Assembly (NCBI GenBank): GCA_045595705.1
Contig: JAZOBA010000116.1
Location: 90-64,089 of the forward strand
Length of the DNA: 64,000 bases
Reading direction: 5' to 3'
From: Oscillospiraceae bacterium
Lineage (GTDB): Bacteria > Bacillota > Clostridia > Oscillospirales > Oscillospiraceae
The notes under the pieces are model-generated. The model was not told the origin of the DNA. It made no database searches and was given only the letters and a program-made list of their open reading frames with translations. A program made the translations under genes and the position numbers. This document shows positions 1-12,402 of the stretch, piece by piece. The stretch's first letter is position 1, and every line of letters starts with the position of its first letter.

Positions 1-162
1 GAGCAGATCTTCACGGTCATCCAGAAAATCCCGTGCTTTTTCCGGCGTATCCAGGCCGCGGGCGCATAGCACCACCGCCGGCAGAGGGGGTATGCCGGCG
101 GCCACCATGGCCCGGCAGGTCTCTGTTGGCGGGGTGGAGATATTCCACTGCTTGTACTTCAT
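1..162 (-). CDS. recJ: Single-stranded-DNA-specific exonuclease RecJ, N-terminal fragment (gene runs off the left edge)
   Basis: ATG at 160-162 on the minus strand. My translation is MKYKQWNISTPPTETCRAMVAAGIPPLPAVVLCARGLDTPEKARDFLDDREDLL, which fits the usual RecJ N-terminal pattern. Only 54 codons are visible. Confidence 0.55.
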   Translation of the reverse strand, partial: MKYKQWNISTPPTETCRAMVAAGIPPLPAVVLCARGLDTPEKARDFLDDREDLL

Positions 163-200
163 GAGATAAGTCCTCAAATTAATCTTAAAAATTAACTTTT

Positions 201-229
201 ATTATACCAAATCCCAACCTTAATTACAA
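201..229 (-). promoter_or_regulatory. Putative sigma-70 promoter for recJ
   Basis: On the minus strand: TTGTAA (224-229), a 17-nt spacer, then TGgTATAAT with the -10 at 201-206. It lies about 40 nt upstream of the recJ ATG. Confidence 0.45.
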
Positions 230-240
230 GAAATACGAAA

Positions 241-274
241 GAAAAAAGCATCCTCTTCTTTTCGAAGAGGATGC
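241..274 (-). terminator. Rho-independent terminator after purL
   Basis: On the minus strand: GCATCCTCTTC-GAAAA-GAAGAGGATGC followed by TTTTTTC. It sits directly after the purL stop at 289. Confidence 0.8.
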
Positions 275-288
275 TTTCAATGACGCAA

Positions 289-3200
289 TTATTTGTAGTA
301 CTCGGCACCCGACTCAAACAGGGGTTGGTATTTGTTGCCGGGGATATTTTTGCCGACGAACTGACCGCAGCGCTCCGAATGGCCCATCTTGCCGAAGACG
401 CGGCCGTCGGGGGAGAAGATGCCTTCGATACTCTCCACCGAAGCGTTGGGGTTGACATCAATGGACATGGAGGGGTTGCCATTCAAGTCAACATACTGGG
501 TGGCCACCTGGCCGTTGGCGATCAGCTGTGCCACCACATCGGCGGGAGCCACGAAACGGCCTTCGCCGTGGGAGATGGGAATAGCGTGCAGGTCGCCCAC
601 ATTGGACTTGAGCATCCAGGGGGACTTCACGCTGGCCACGCGGGTGGTGACGTACTTGCTCTGATGGCGGCCGATGCGGTTGAAGGTCAGGGTGGGGCTG
701 TTCTCGTCGGTGACAACGATCTCGCCGCAGGGAACCAGACCCAACTTGACCAGAGCCTGGAAACCGTTGCAGATACCCAGCATCAGACCGTCACGGTTCT
801 TCAACAGATCGTGGACGGCGTCGGTCAGACGGGCGTTGCGCAGGAAGGAGCAGATGAACTTGGCCGATCCTTCGGGCTCGTCACCGCCCGAGAAACCGCC
901 GGGCAGAATCATCATCTGGCTGCGGCGGATGGCCGTTTCCAATGCCAGAGCCGATTGGGCCAGCAGGTCGCCGTTCAGGTTGCGGATGACCACGATTTCG
1001 GGGTCGATACCGGCCTTGACACAGGCGGCGGCGGTGTCAAATTCGCAGTTGGTACCGGGGAACACGGGAATGACAGCCTTGGGATGGGCAAATTTGTTCT
1101 TGGCTACGATGGGAGCGCGCTCGGTGCAGGAGATGGGCTGGACCACAATCTTTTCCTCGGCGGTCTTGGTGGGATAGACATCCTCCAGAACGCCTTCGTT
1201 CAGAGCGACCAGTTCATCAATGGAGACGCTCTCGCCGGCTACGGTTACCATGCCATCGTTGGAGGTGTAGCCCATCAGAATGCCGCAATCGACCTCTTCG
1301 GTCAGTTCGGCAATAATGGCACCGGGGCAAGGACCGTACCAGGGCACAGGTGCGGCTTGCACACCGGCAAAACCGATGTGGTTGCCGAAGGACATCTTCA
1401 TGACGCCCTCGGCCACGCCGCCGCTTTCCACAGCCCATGCGGCCTGAACTTTGCCGGCCTGGCACAGGGCGTGGAACTGCTCCCACTGGCGGCGATAGGT
1501 CTGGTAATCACCCACCTGAGGGGTGCCGAAGAAGTATACGGGGTGACCGGCCTGCTTGAATTCGGGGGACAGCACATCGCCGGCCAGAACGGGGGCGATG
1601 GCAAAGGAAATCAGAGTGGGAGGCACGTCCAGATCCAGGAAGGTACCGGACATGGAGTCCTTACCGCCGATGGAGGCGCAGCCCAGTTCCATCTGGGCAC
1701 TCAGAGCGCCCAGCAGAGCGGCGAAGGGCTTGCCCCAACGTTCGGGTTCGGTGCGCAGTTTCTCAAAGAATTCCTGGAAGGACAGGTAGGCCTTGTTGTA
1801 GTCGGCGCCTGCAGCCACCAGCTTGGCGACGGAGACAACTACCGAATTGATGGCGCCTACGAAGGGATCCTCGCTCATCCAGTGGGGGTCAAAGGCCCAT
1901 GCCATGACGCTGGCCTGCTCGGTTTTCTGGCCGGGCAGAACGGGCAGCAGAGCCGACATGGCCTGTGCGGGAGTCTTCTGGCTCTTGCCGCCGAAGGGCA
2001 TCAGCACGCTGCCGGCACCAATGGAGCCGTCAAAGCGCTCCACCAGACCGCGGTTCAGAGCAAACTTCAGGCTGGAGGCAATCTGCTTTAGACTGGCGGC
2101 GTGGACCAGCACTTCGTGCTCGTTGGAAGGAACCTTGACGGCGGCATGCTTGACGGCGCCGTTGGTGTTCAAAAATTCACGGGACAGATTGGCGATTTTC
2201 TGGCCGCGCCAGGTCATGACCATACGTGCCTCTTCGGTGACGGTGGCCACACGATAGGCCTCCAGATTTTCAGCCTCAGCGGCGGCGATAAACTTGTCGG
2301 CATCCTCGGCAGCCACGACGACGGCCATGCGCTCCTGAGATTCGGAGATGGCCAGCTCGGTGCCGTCCAGGCCGTCATACTTCTTGCGAACGGCGTCCAG
2401 ATCAATGTCTACGCCGTCGGCCAACTCGCCGATGGCGACAGAAACGCCGCCGGCGCCGAAGTCGTTGCAGCGCTTGACCAGGCGGGTCACGTCGCCGTTA
2501 CGGAACAGACGCTGAATTTTGCGCTCCTCAGGGGCGTTGCCCTTCTGCACCTCGGAGGCCATGGTCTCCAGAGAACTCATGGTGTGGCTTTTGGAAGAGC
2601 CGGTGGCACCGCCGATGCCGTCACGGCCGGTGCGGCCGCCCAGCAGAATGATGACATCACCGGGAGCGGGACGCTCACGGACTACATTTTCGGCGGGAGC
2701 GGCACCCACAACGGCGCCGCACTCCAGGCGCTTGGCCACATAGCCCTCGTGGTACACTTCAGCCACATGGCCGGTGGCAAGGCCGATCTGGTTGCCGTAG
2801 GAAGAATAGCCGGCAGCGGCGGTCTGGCACAGCTTGCGCTGGGGCAGCTTGCCTTCCAGGGTGTCGGCCAGAGGAATGCGAGGATCACCTGCACCGGTGA
2901 CGCGCATGGCCTGATGGACATACACACGGCCGGACAGGGGGTCACGGATACACCCGCCGATACAGGTGGCTGCACCGCCGAAGGGTTCGATTTCGGTGGG
3001 ATGGTTATGGGTCTCGTTCTTGAACATGAGAAGCCAGTCCTGTTCCTTGCCGTCCACTACGGCGGGGACATGGATCGAACAGGCATTGATCTCTTCGCTT
3101 TCGTCCAGCTCGGGGACCAGACCCATCTTTTTCAGGGCCTTTGTACCAATGGTGCCCAGATCCATCAGGGTGATGGGACGCTTAGCGGCCTTTTCCTCAC

Positions 3201-3981
3201 CGAAGACTTCCTTGCGCAGCTCGATATATGCCTTGAAGGTGTCGGCCACCATGGGGTCGGCAATTTCGATATCATCGATGTGGGTGGAGAAAGTAGTATG
3301 GCGGCAGTGATCCGACCAGTATGTATCCACCACGCGGATCTCGGTGATGGTGGGGTCACGCTGCTCTTCGTCACGGAAGTAAGCCTGCAGGAACTTCAGG
3401 TCGGCCAGGTCCATGGCCAGGCCGTACTGGTCCAGCAGAGCGGTCAAACCGGCTTCGTCCAGCGTAATGAAGCCCTCCAGCGAGGCCACATCACCGGGGA
3501 CGGGGTAGGTCATCACCAGGGTTTCGGGCTTGTCCAAAGCGGCTTCGCGGCATTCTACGGGGTTGATCAGGTAATCTTTGATACGCTGAAGATCCTCGGA
3601 AGTAATAGCACCGTCCAGCAGGTATACGGTGGCGCACTTGACTACGGGGCGATCGCCACCGGCCATCAACTGGATGCACTGAGCAGCCGAGTCGGCACGC
3701 TGGTCATATTGGCCGGGCAGGGCCTCAACAGCCAGAATGGTGCCGGCACTGACGGGGAGGATCTCGTCGTAGACGGCGTCCACCTGGGGTTCGGAGAAAA
3801 CAATGATGCGGGCCTTTTCGTAAACGGCGGGATCAACACCTTCCACATCATATCGGTGAAGGATGCGTACGCCGGACAGGGTGTTGATACCCAACTGCTC
3901 TTTCAGTTGATTCAGCACCGAGACGGCCTCGCCATCAAAGCCGGGCTTTTTTTCTGCAAAACAACGGTATACTATGCTCAT
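289..3981 (-). CDS. purL: Phosphoribosylformylglycinamidine synthase, single-chain large type (synthase plus glutaminase domains)
   Basis: Track ORF 289..4017. It has the C-terminal glutamine amidotransferase motif (LGICNGFQALVKLG) and AIR-synthase-like repeats. I moved the start to the ATG at 3979-3981 (MSIVYRCF..), which has a GGGAGG RBS 9 nt upstream. Confidence 0.93.
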   Translation of the reverse strand: MSIVYRCFAEKKPGFDGEAVSVLNQLKEQLGINTLSGVRILHRYDVEGVDPAVYEKARIIVFSEPQVDAVYDEILPVSAGTILAVEALPGQYDQRADSAAQCIQLMAGGDRPVVKCATVYLLDGAITSEDLQRIKDYLINPVECREAALDKPETLVMTYPVPGDVASLEGFITLDEAGLTALLDQYGLAMDLADLKFLQAYFRDEEQRDPTITEIRVVDTYWSDHCRHTTFSTHIDDIEIADPMVADTFKAYIELRKEVFGEEKAAKRPITLMDLGTIGTKALKKMGLVPELDESEEINACSIHVPAVVDGKEQDWLLMFKNETHNHPTEIEPFGGAATCIGGCIRDPLSGRVYVHQAMRVTGAGDPRIPLADTLEGKLPQRKLCQTAAAGYSSYGNQIGLATGHVAEVYHEGYVAKRLECGAVVGAAPAENVVRERPAPGDVIILLGGRTGRDGIGGATGSSKSHTMSSLETMASEVQKGNAPEERKIQRLFRNGDVTRLVKRCNDFGAGGVSVAIGELADGVDIDLDAVRKKYDGLDGTELAISESQERMAVVVAAEDADKFIAAAEAENLEAYRVATVTEEARMVMTWRGQKIANLSREFLNTNGAVKHAAVKVPSNEHEVLVHAASLKQIASSLKFALNRGLVERFDGSIGAGSVLMPFGGKSQKTPAQAMSALLPVLPGQKTEQASVMAWAFDPHWMSEDPFVGAINSVVVSVAKLVAAGADYNKAYLSFQEFFEKLRTEPERWGKPFAALLGALSAQMELGCASIGGKDSMSGTFLDLDVPPTLISFAIAPVLAGDVLSPEFKQAGHPVYFFGTPQVGDYQTYRRQWEQFHALCQAGKVQAAWAVESGGVAEGVMKMSFGNHIGFAGVQAAPVPWYGPCPGAIIAELTEEVDCGILMGYTSNDGMVTVAGESVSIDELVALNEGVLEDVYPTKTAEEKIVVQPISCTERAPIVAKNKFAHPKAVIPVFPGTNCEFDTAAACVKAGIDPEIVVIRNLNGDLLAQSALALETAIRRSQMMILPGGFSGGDEPEGSAKFICSFLRNARLTDAVHDLLKNRDGLMLGICNGFQALVKLGLVPCGEIVVTDENSPTLTFNRIGRHQSKYVTTRVASVKSPWMLKSNVGDLHAIPISHGEGRFVAPADVVAQLIANGQVATQYVDLNGNPSMSIDVNPNASVESIEGIFSPDGRVFGKMGHSERCGQFVGKNIPGNKYQPLFESGAEYYK

Positions 3982-4017
3982 AGTTCCATTCCTCCCAAAA
4001 GGTGTTACTGGTTTCAT

Positions 4018-5538
4018 TTATTTGTCAGCGTTGAAACGCAGGGATTCCAAATTGTAAAAGGGGTTTTGCCGTGTGGGCTCCAGGCCGGAAACCGACTGCC
4101 ATTGGGTCAACACCGAGTGCATTTTGAAACAAAGGGGTGCGAAGGGCATGTCGGCTTGGAATTTTTCCAAGAGAAACTGCTCACCAAGGCCGGCGCAGCG
4201 CAGGATGAACAGAGCGGTGTCCAGTTCGGTGTTTTGATAACCGCAGAAGTTCAGGGGGCCATCTGTGCTGAGCAGGGGGGCGAGATCGAAGTCGGCAGTC
4301 AGCGTGACTTCGCCCAGATACAAGTCAAACTCGCCGGTCGTCAGCGCAGTCAGATAATCGTCCCAGGCCAGTTCTTTCAGAACCACGTCCATGCCCATGT
4401 GGGTCAGCTGTTCGGTCAGATAATCGGCAACGGCCAACTTGAAGGGGTTGTCGGTGTTGACCACGAAGGTCAGTGACAGGGTGGAACGGCCGCGATGCAG
4501 CAGGCCATCCTCACCGTTGGAATAACCAGCGTCAGCCAACAGGGTTTCTGCTGCTGCGGGGTCATAACCACCCGCGGTTTCATAAAGAGAACTGTGCCAT
4601 GCGCAGCGGGGCGAAACGGGCAGACAGGTGGCATCTGCATGACCGTCCAGCAGGGATCCGGCAACGGTGTCCCGGTCAAAACTGCGAGAAATGGCCTGAC
4701 GCACTGCTGCCTCGGCACAGGGGCCTTTTGTTGTATGGAAACCCACATAAAGCATGGTGGTTGTGGGGAAATCAAATGCTTCATAGCCGGCCGAGTAGCC
4801 CAGCGTGTTGGAGCCGGTCAGGTCGCTGACCGAAAGAGAGATCCGGCCGGAATCAAAGGCGTAAATCAATTCATCGGCCCCGTCAATGGCCACCAAGGGG
4901 ATCTCCTTTGGTGCAGAAGCAGGGGCGTTGTCAGTTCGCTCTAAACGCAGAGGTCCCCGGTCCTCTATAAAGCGGTAGGGTCCGGTGCCCAGCGGCATGG
5001 AACCGTCTTGAAAATCGTGGACTACGGGAATGTCCAACAGCGCAGGCAACAGCTTGTTGGGGTTGTTCAAAATGAGGAGTACAGTCCCATCCTTTTGGGC
5101 GGAAACGGCTTGTACATCGGCAAGTCGGCTGGCGTAAAGGGTGCTGCTGCGAGCAGACTCCAAAGAACGGACCACATCGGCTGCCGTGACGGGGGAGCCA
5201 TCCGAAAAGACTCTGTCCGCAAGGGTAAAAAGCCAGGTTCGGCCATCGCCGGAGACCTCGTATTCACTGCAAAGCACGCCGTGGGGCGTGAAGGTGTTGT
5301 CCAGTTCAAACAAGCCCTGATAAACCAGGCTGCTCAGCACCATGTTGGCGCGGTTGCTTCCCTGAATGGGGTGCAGGTCTGCGTTGGGGTAGTAGGGCAG
5401 GGCGAATTCCTGTCGGGTTGGAGTTGCCGTGGGAGTTGGCGTTGCCTCCGGTGCCTCCGGAGTGGGGACCGGTGCCTTGGAGCAGGCGGTCAGGCCTAAC
5501 GTCAGGCAAAGGGTCAGAGCGATCAATGTTCGACGCAT
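4018..5538 (-). CDS. ABC transporter substrate-binding lipoprotein, family 5 (peptide/nickel type), no adjacent permease genes
   Basis: Track ORF 4018..5574. Lipoprotein signal MRRTLIALTLCLTLGLTAC. GAGGAGGG RBS 6 nt before the ATG at 5536-5538. Length and sequence are typical of family-5 solute-binding proteins. Confidence 0.75.
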   Translation of the reverse strand: MRRTLIALTLCLTLGLTACSKAPVPTPEAPEATPTPTATPTRQEFALPYYPNADLHPIQGSNRANMVLSSLVYQGLFELDNTFTPHGVLCSEYEVSGDGRTWLFTLADRVFSDGSPVTAADVVRSLESARSSTLYASRLADVQAVSAQKDGTVLLILNNPNKLLPALLDIPVVHDFQDGSMPLGTGPYRFIEDRGPLRLERTDNAPASAPKEIPLVAIDGADELIYAFDSGRISLSVSDLTGSNTLGYSAGYEAFDFPTTTMLYVGFHTTKGPCAEAAVRQAISRSFDRDTVAGSLLDGHADATCLPVSPRCAWHSSLYETAGGYDPAAAETLLADAGYSNGEDGLLHRGRSTLSLTFVVNTDNPFKLAVADYLTEQLTHMGMDVVLKELAWDDYLTALTTGEFDLYLGEVTLTADFDLAPLLSTDGPLNFCGYQNTELDTALFILRCAGLGEQFLLEKFQADMPFAPLCFKMHSVLTQWQSVSGLEPTRQNPFYNLESLRFNADK

Positions 5539-6644
5539 AGCTCGCCCTCCTCGCGCAGCGATCCGTTGTACCAACCGGTCACGCCATTCTTTTTTGCCAG
5601 AACGCCGCGGCTGGTTTTCTCTATGATGGACAGGACGTCACCCGGCTGGATGGGGAGCAGGTAGTCGGTGGAATCCTCGCAGAAGATCCCACGTTCGGTC
5701 TCCCAGAGATGCCGAGTTAGAATGGGGAGAGTTCGACCGCTGGAAATGTGGTGGCAAAGTGAGAATTCCTCGCCGTGATCCAGAACATTCAGCTGATTAT
5801 CCCCGAAGCGGATGTTGATGGAATTTTCAGATGGAGCTTGTGTTTCGGCGGCTACCGCCGTGGGCAAATTGTCGTAGGAGGTCCAGGAGAACCTGTCGGC
5901 GGCGGGAATAGCCGGCAGAAGCAAGGCATTCAGTTGGCCGTCCCGCTTGATAACGCAGCCGCCATCGATTGAGACGATCTGCTGCTCGCTGCTGATGTGC
6001 GGATTGGCGCAGGGCCATTTTTCGCGGTAAAGGGTAGTTGGCCAGTGGCCCACTACGCACCATTTGTTATGAAAATGATGGCCCTGGCTGACAAAGTTGT
6101 CGTTTTTCATGCAATCCCAGGGGGTTAATCTGCTCGGGTCCTTCATGCAGTCCTCGCCGGGGATGCCGCCGTGGACAAAGATATACCGGTCGCTTTCCAG
6201 GATGGTGGGCAGTCCCATCAGAAACTCGGCTTCCTCGGGATAGTTCTTTTTGACCTTTTCGCGCAGAAGAGAAATATCTTCTGGTCGGTTGATGGGAAAC
6301 TCCAGCCGGGCCGAAAGCTCGTTCATGAGCATGTTGCGGCCCCACATATGGCGGTACTCAAACAGCCACTGGTCGGAGAAGGTCTCATCAAACATAAGTC
6401 GGTCGCAGTTGCCCTGCAAAACGTGGACCGTGTGAGTTTTACACAGTTGAATAATAAAACGCAGAGTGTCCAGGTTCCGGGGACCTTTTTCAATCAGATC
6501 ACCCAACAGAATAAGCACATCGTCCGTGGAAAAGGAGATTTTATTCAGAAGTCCTTGCAGAAAGGGAAGATTGCCATGTACATCACTGACGGCAAAGACC
6601 CGCTTGTGGGCGGGCAGATCAATGTGCCGAATCGTGACGCTCAT
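5523..6644 (-). CDS. Metallophosphoesterase (calcineurin-like Ser/Thr phosphatase fold) with extra C-terminal domain
   Basis: Motifs VSDVHGN, GDLIEKGP, GNCD and VHGG. GGAGGTG RBS 6 nt before the ATG at 6642-6644 (MSVTIRH..). The 3' end overlaps the next gene start by 16 nt. Confidence 0.8.
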   Translation of the reverse strand: MSVTIRHIDLPAHKRVFAVSDVHGNLPFLQGLLNKISFSTDDVLILLGDLIEKGPRNLDTLRFIIQLCKTHTVHVLQGNCDRLMFDETFSDQWLFEYRHMWGRNMLMNELSARLEFPINRPEDISLLREKVKKNYPEEAEFLMGLPTILESDRYIFVHGGIPGEDCMKDPSRLTPWDCMKNDNFVSQGHHFHNKWCVVGHWPTTLYREKWPCANPHISSEQQIVSIDGGCVIKRDGQLNALLLPAIPAADRFSWTSYDNLPTAVAAETQAPSENSINIRFGDNQLNVLDHGEEFSLCHHISSGRTLPILTRHLWETERGIFCEDSTDYLLPIQPGDVLSIIEKTSRGVLAKKNGVTGWYNGSLREEGELCVEH

Positions 6645-6660
6645 GGGATACACCTCCATC

Positions 6661-7467
6661 TTAAAGCAGTTGGATCATGGCAGCCTGACTGCCGCGGTGA
6701 CCCTGGGTCACGCGGTGGCTCCAGTAAGTTTCGTGGAGACAGGCGGTGCAGTCGGGGGAAACTTCAATGTGACTGGATGAAAGACCGGAGCGCTTCAACA
6801 GGGAGGCGTTGATGCCCTTCAGGTCCACGCGGAACTTTCCCTTTGGCAGATCAATAATATGGGGACGGGCCAGATTACCCAGAGATGCGGTCATGGCCTC
6901 TGGTACGTCGGAATGGGTTTCAAAACAGCATTGAGAGATGCCCGGACCGATTGCGGCCAGTATGTTTTCTACGTGGCAGCCGTAATCCTGCTGCATTTTT
7001 TGAACGGCCTTTCCGGCAATATCCTGTGCCGTGCCGCGCCATCCGGCGTGGACGGCAGCGATGACCCGCCGGACCGGATCGTACAGCAGAACCGGGATGC
7101 AGTCGGCGGTGAAAACAGTCAGAACCAACCCCGGCTGATCGGTAATCAAACCGTCACACTCGTGCTCGGTGGGGACACAGATGTCCGGTTTGATCAGTTC
7201 TGCCGTGGCGGTGCGGATGTCGGTTTTGTGGACCTGTCCGGTTACCACAATGCGGCTGGCGTCAGCACCGATGGCGGCGCAGAAGCGGCGGTAATTTTCC
7301 CGCACGTGATCGGGATTGTCGCCCCGGTTGAAGCCCAGATTAAGCGAAGCAAAAATTCCTTCGGAAACACCGCCCAACCGGGTGGAAAATCCATGGGCAA
7401 CGCCGCCGGCGGCCCGAAAAACCTCGGCGGCGAGAACGGTCACACCGTTATGTTGCAGACGGATCAT
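6661..7467 (-). CDS. pgeF: Peptidoglycan editing factor PgeF / YfiH-family (DUF152) purine nucleoside phosphorylase-like protein
   Basis: Signature stretches RLGGVSEGIFASLNLG, TADCIPVLLYDP and HAGWRGT. Confidence 0.85.
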   Translation of the reverse strand: MIRLQHNGVTVLAAEVFRAAGGVAHGFSTRLGGVSEGIFASLNLGFNRGDNPDHVRENYRRFCAAIGADASRIVVTGQVHKTDIRTATAELIKPDICVPTEHECDGLITDQPGLVLTVFTADCIPVLLYDPVRRVIAAVHAGWRGTAQDIAGKAVQKMQQDYGCHVENILAAIGPGISQCCFETHSDVPEAMTASLGNLARPHIIDLPKGKFRVDLKGINASLLKRSGLSSSHIEVSPDCTACLHETYWSHRVTQGHRGSQAAMIQLL

Positions 7468-7470
7468 GGC

Positions 7471-10233
<2,763 letters not shown>

Positions 10234-10339
10234 AAACAAAAATCACCTTTCGGGAGATATAAACAATAATTCAGTTTAGTATACCACAAATGAGAGTCGG
10301 AGAAAAGAAGAAAATGTGAATTCTCTTATCAAATAGTGA

Positions 10340-10372
10340 GACCCTGTCTGCCGAAGAAAGACAGACAGGGTC
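10340..10372 (-). terminator. Hairpin after the DUF2284 gene (weak U-tract)
   Basis: 11-bp perfect stem GACCCTGTCTG / CAGACAGGGTC with an 11-nt loop. The downstream T-run on the minus strand is poor. Confidence 0.35.
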
Positions 10373-10376
10373 GGGT

Positions 10377-10916
10377 TCAGTCGATGAGGACGCAGCTGGT
10401 GTAGGTTAGCGTTTTTGGTCCGTAATAATACGGAAGGTCCGACTTCTCGCAGACTTTGGAGACCAGCAGGCCATAAGCCTCCATGGAGGGGATGGCCTTT
10501 TTGGGGAACCGGCAGGGAGCGTCGGGATAGGTGCACTGGGTGCAGAGTGTGCATCCGCCGGTGGCCATGGGAAGGCAGTCGGGGTATTCCTGCCGCAGCT
10601 GCTCTACGAAGGTCAGGAAAGACTGTTTCTGGTCCACCTCGGCCTGCTGCATGGCTTCGATGTCAAAGTCGTCTTCCAACTGGGCGGTGGTCTGCAGCAG
10701 AACGCCGCGGTGGTAGCGGGCGGCATTTGCGGCAGCTTGTTCCAGTGTGCCGCATCCGGGTGGGCAGGTCCAGCTGGTGCCGTACTTGTGGCACCGGCCG
10801 GCGGCGCACATGTCCCGGACTTCGGGCATGAACTCCAGCGCTCCCATATTCAGCTCTCCCACATGGGTAAAGCCGCAGCTTTTGGCAAGGGTCAGAATTT
10901 CTTCGATGGTGGACAT
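10377..10916 (-). CDS. DUF2284-family predicted metal-binding protein
   Basis: Cys-rich 179-aa protein. The stretch CAAGRCHKYGTSWTCPPGCG plus later C..CT.CT.C motifs fit my recollection of DUF2284. Confidence 0.55.
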   Translation of the reverse strand: MSTIEEILTLAKSCGFTHVGELNMGALEFMPEVRDMCAAGRCHKYGTSWTCPPGCGTLEQAAANAARYHRGVLLQTTAQLEDDFDIEAMQQAEVDQKQSFLTFVEQLRQEYPDCLPMATGGCTLCTQCTYPDAPCRFPKKAIPSMEAYGLLVSKVCEKSDLPYYYGPKTLTYTSCVLID

Positions 10917-10971
10917 GGCGAGCCCTCCTTGGTATTTTCTTTAGTTTAGCATGAAAATGAGAAAAAGCTAT

Positions 10972-11000
10972 ATCAAAAATCAAATCAATTGTGGTATAAT
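10972..11000 (+). promoter_or_regulatory. Putative extended -10 promoter for rlmD
   Basis: TGgTATAAT with the hexamer at 10995-11000. The -35 (ATCAAA) is weak. It lies 35 nt upstream of the ATG, which has an AAAGGAG RBS. Confidence 0.35.
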
Positions 11001-11034
11001 TTTAAGTTACTAAGAATTCAAAGGAGCGCGACCC

Positions 11035-12387
11035 ATGAAAAAGCCGCAGGAAAATAAAATCGTGTCCCTTGTCATGGAGAATTACGGCACGGACGGCGAG
11101 GGTGTGACCCATCTGCCCGATGGCATGGCCTGCTTTGTGAAGGGTGCCATGCGAGGGGAAACCTGCCGGGTCCGTCTGGTCAAGGTGGGCCGCTCCTGTG
11201 CGTGGGGTGAGGTAGAGGAAGTCATCGAGCCCTCCCCGTCTCGTATCGACCCGGACTGCCCCTGTTATGCCGACTGCGGCGGATGTTCCCTGCGGCACAT
11301 GACCTATGAAGAAGAGCTTTTGCTGAAAAAGCAGAAGGTGCAGGATGCCCTGCGACGCATCGGTGGAAGTGATGTGGAAATATCCGCGATATTCGGAGCG
11401 AAAAACACCGAGCGCTACCGCAACAAAGTGCAGTTTCCCGTGGCCGCCGGTCCGCGCATCGGATTTTATCAGAAGCGTACCCATGCCGTCACCGATGTGG
11501 AAGACTGTCTGCTTCAGCCGGTGGCCGCCGCCAATCTGCGCACGGCGGTCAAAGCGTGGATGGAGCGGTACGGCGTGTCTGCCTACGATGAGCGTGCGCA
11601 CAAGGGTTTGGTGCGCCACGTCTATGTGCGCACCAACGCCAAGGGAGAAAGTTTGTGCTGTCTGATGGTCAATGGCACCGGACTGCCCCGTGAGGAGGAA
11701 CTGGTTTCTGCCCTGCGCGAGGCCGAACCGGGGCTAAAAGGCGTTATTCTTGGTGTCAATCAGAAAAAGACCAACGTTATTTTGGGCGAATCCTACCGCA
11801 CCCTGTGGGGCCGGGATGTACTGGAAGAGACTCTGTGCGGTCTGTCCTTCCGACTGTCGGTGCCCTCTTTCTTTCAGGTCAACCGGGCGCAGACTGAGGT
11901 GCTGTATGCCAAGGCACTGGAACTGGCCGGCCTGACCGGAAACGAGACGGTATTCGATCTGTACTGCGGTATCGGCACCATTTCGCTGGCACTGGCAAAG
12001 GGGGCAAAGAAGGTCATCGGCGCCGAGGTAGTGCCCGAAGCTATCGAGGATGCCAAGGCGAACGCCAGGCGCAACGGCATTGAAAATGCAGAATTTTTCT
12101 GCGGTGATGCCGGCGACATCGCCGCCAAACTGGCGGCTGAAGGGCTGAAACCCGATGTGATCACGGTGGATCCGCCCCGCAAAGGGCTTGCTCCGGATGT
12201 GGTGGATACCATTGTGCAGATGGCCCCCGATCGCGTGGTCTACGTCTCCTGTGACCCGGCCACGCTGGCCCGGGATGTCAAGCGGTTTGAAGAACAGGGG
12301 TATCACCCTCAAACCGCTTTGGCTGTGGATCTTTTTCCCCGCACCAGCCATGTGGAAAGTATCGTTTGCTTAACCCGAGAAGCTTGA
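11035..12387 (+). CDS. rlmD: 23S rRNA (uracil-5-)-methyltransferase RlmD/RumA family (TRAM domain, Fe-S cysteines, SAM methyltransferase)
   Basis: N-terminal TRAM-like domain, a Cys cluster (CPCYADCGGCSL), the SAM motif DLYCGIGT and the C-terminal catalytic VSCDP. Confidence 0.88.
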   Translation: MKKPQENKIVSLVMENYGTDGEGVTHLPDGMACFVKGAMRGETCRVRLVKVGRSCAWGEVEEVIEPSPSRIDPDCPCYADCGGCSLRHMTYEEELLLKKQKVQDALRRIGGSDVEISAIFGAKNTERYRNKVQFPVAAGPRIGFYQKRTHAVTDVEDCLLQPVAAANLRTAVKAWMERYGVSAYDERAHKGLVRHVYVRTNAKGESLCCLMVNGTGLPREEELVSALREAEPGLKGVILGVNQKKTNVILGESYRTLWGRDVLEETLCGLSFRLSVPSFFQVNRAQTEVLYAKALELAGLTGNETVFDLYCGIGTISLALAKGAKKVIGAEVVPEAIEDAKANARRNGIENAEFFCGDAGDIAAKLAAEGLKPDVITVDPPRKGLAPDVVDTIVQMAPDRVVYVSCDPATLARDVKRFEEQGYHPQTALAVDLFPRTSHVESIVCLTREA

Positions 12388-12402
12388 AAGAGGTGGGACA
12401 AT

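Noticed and set aside
271-4476. 606-aa and 791-aa plus-strand ORFs over purL and the start of the SBP gene
   Set aside because: They are antisense to purL, have the same low-complexity G/A/V/L/H composition, and are not credible as genes.
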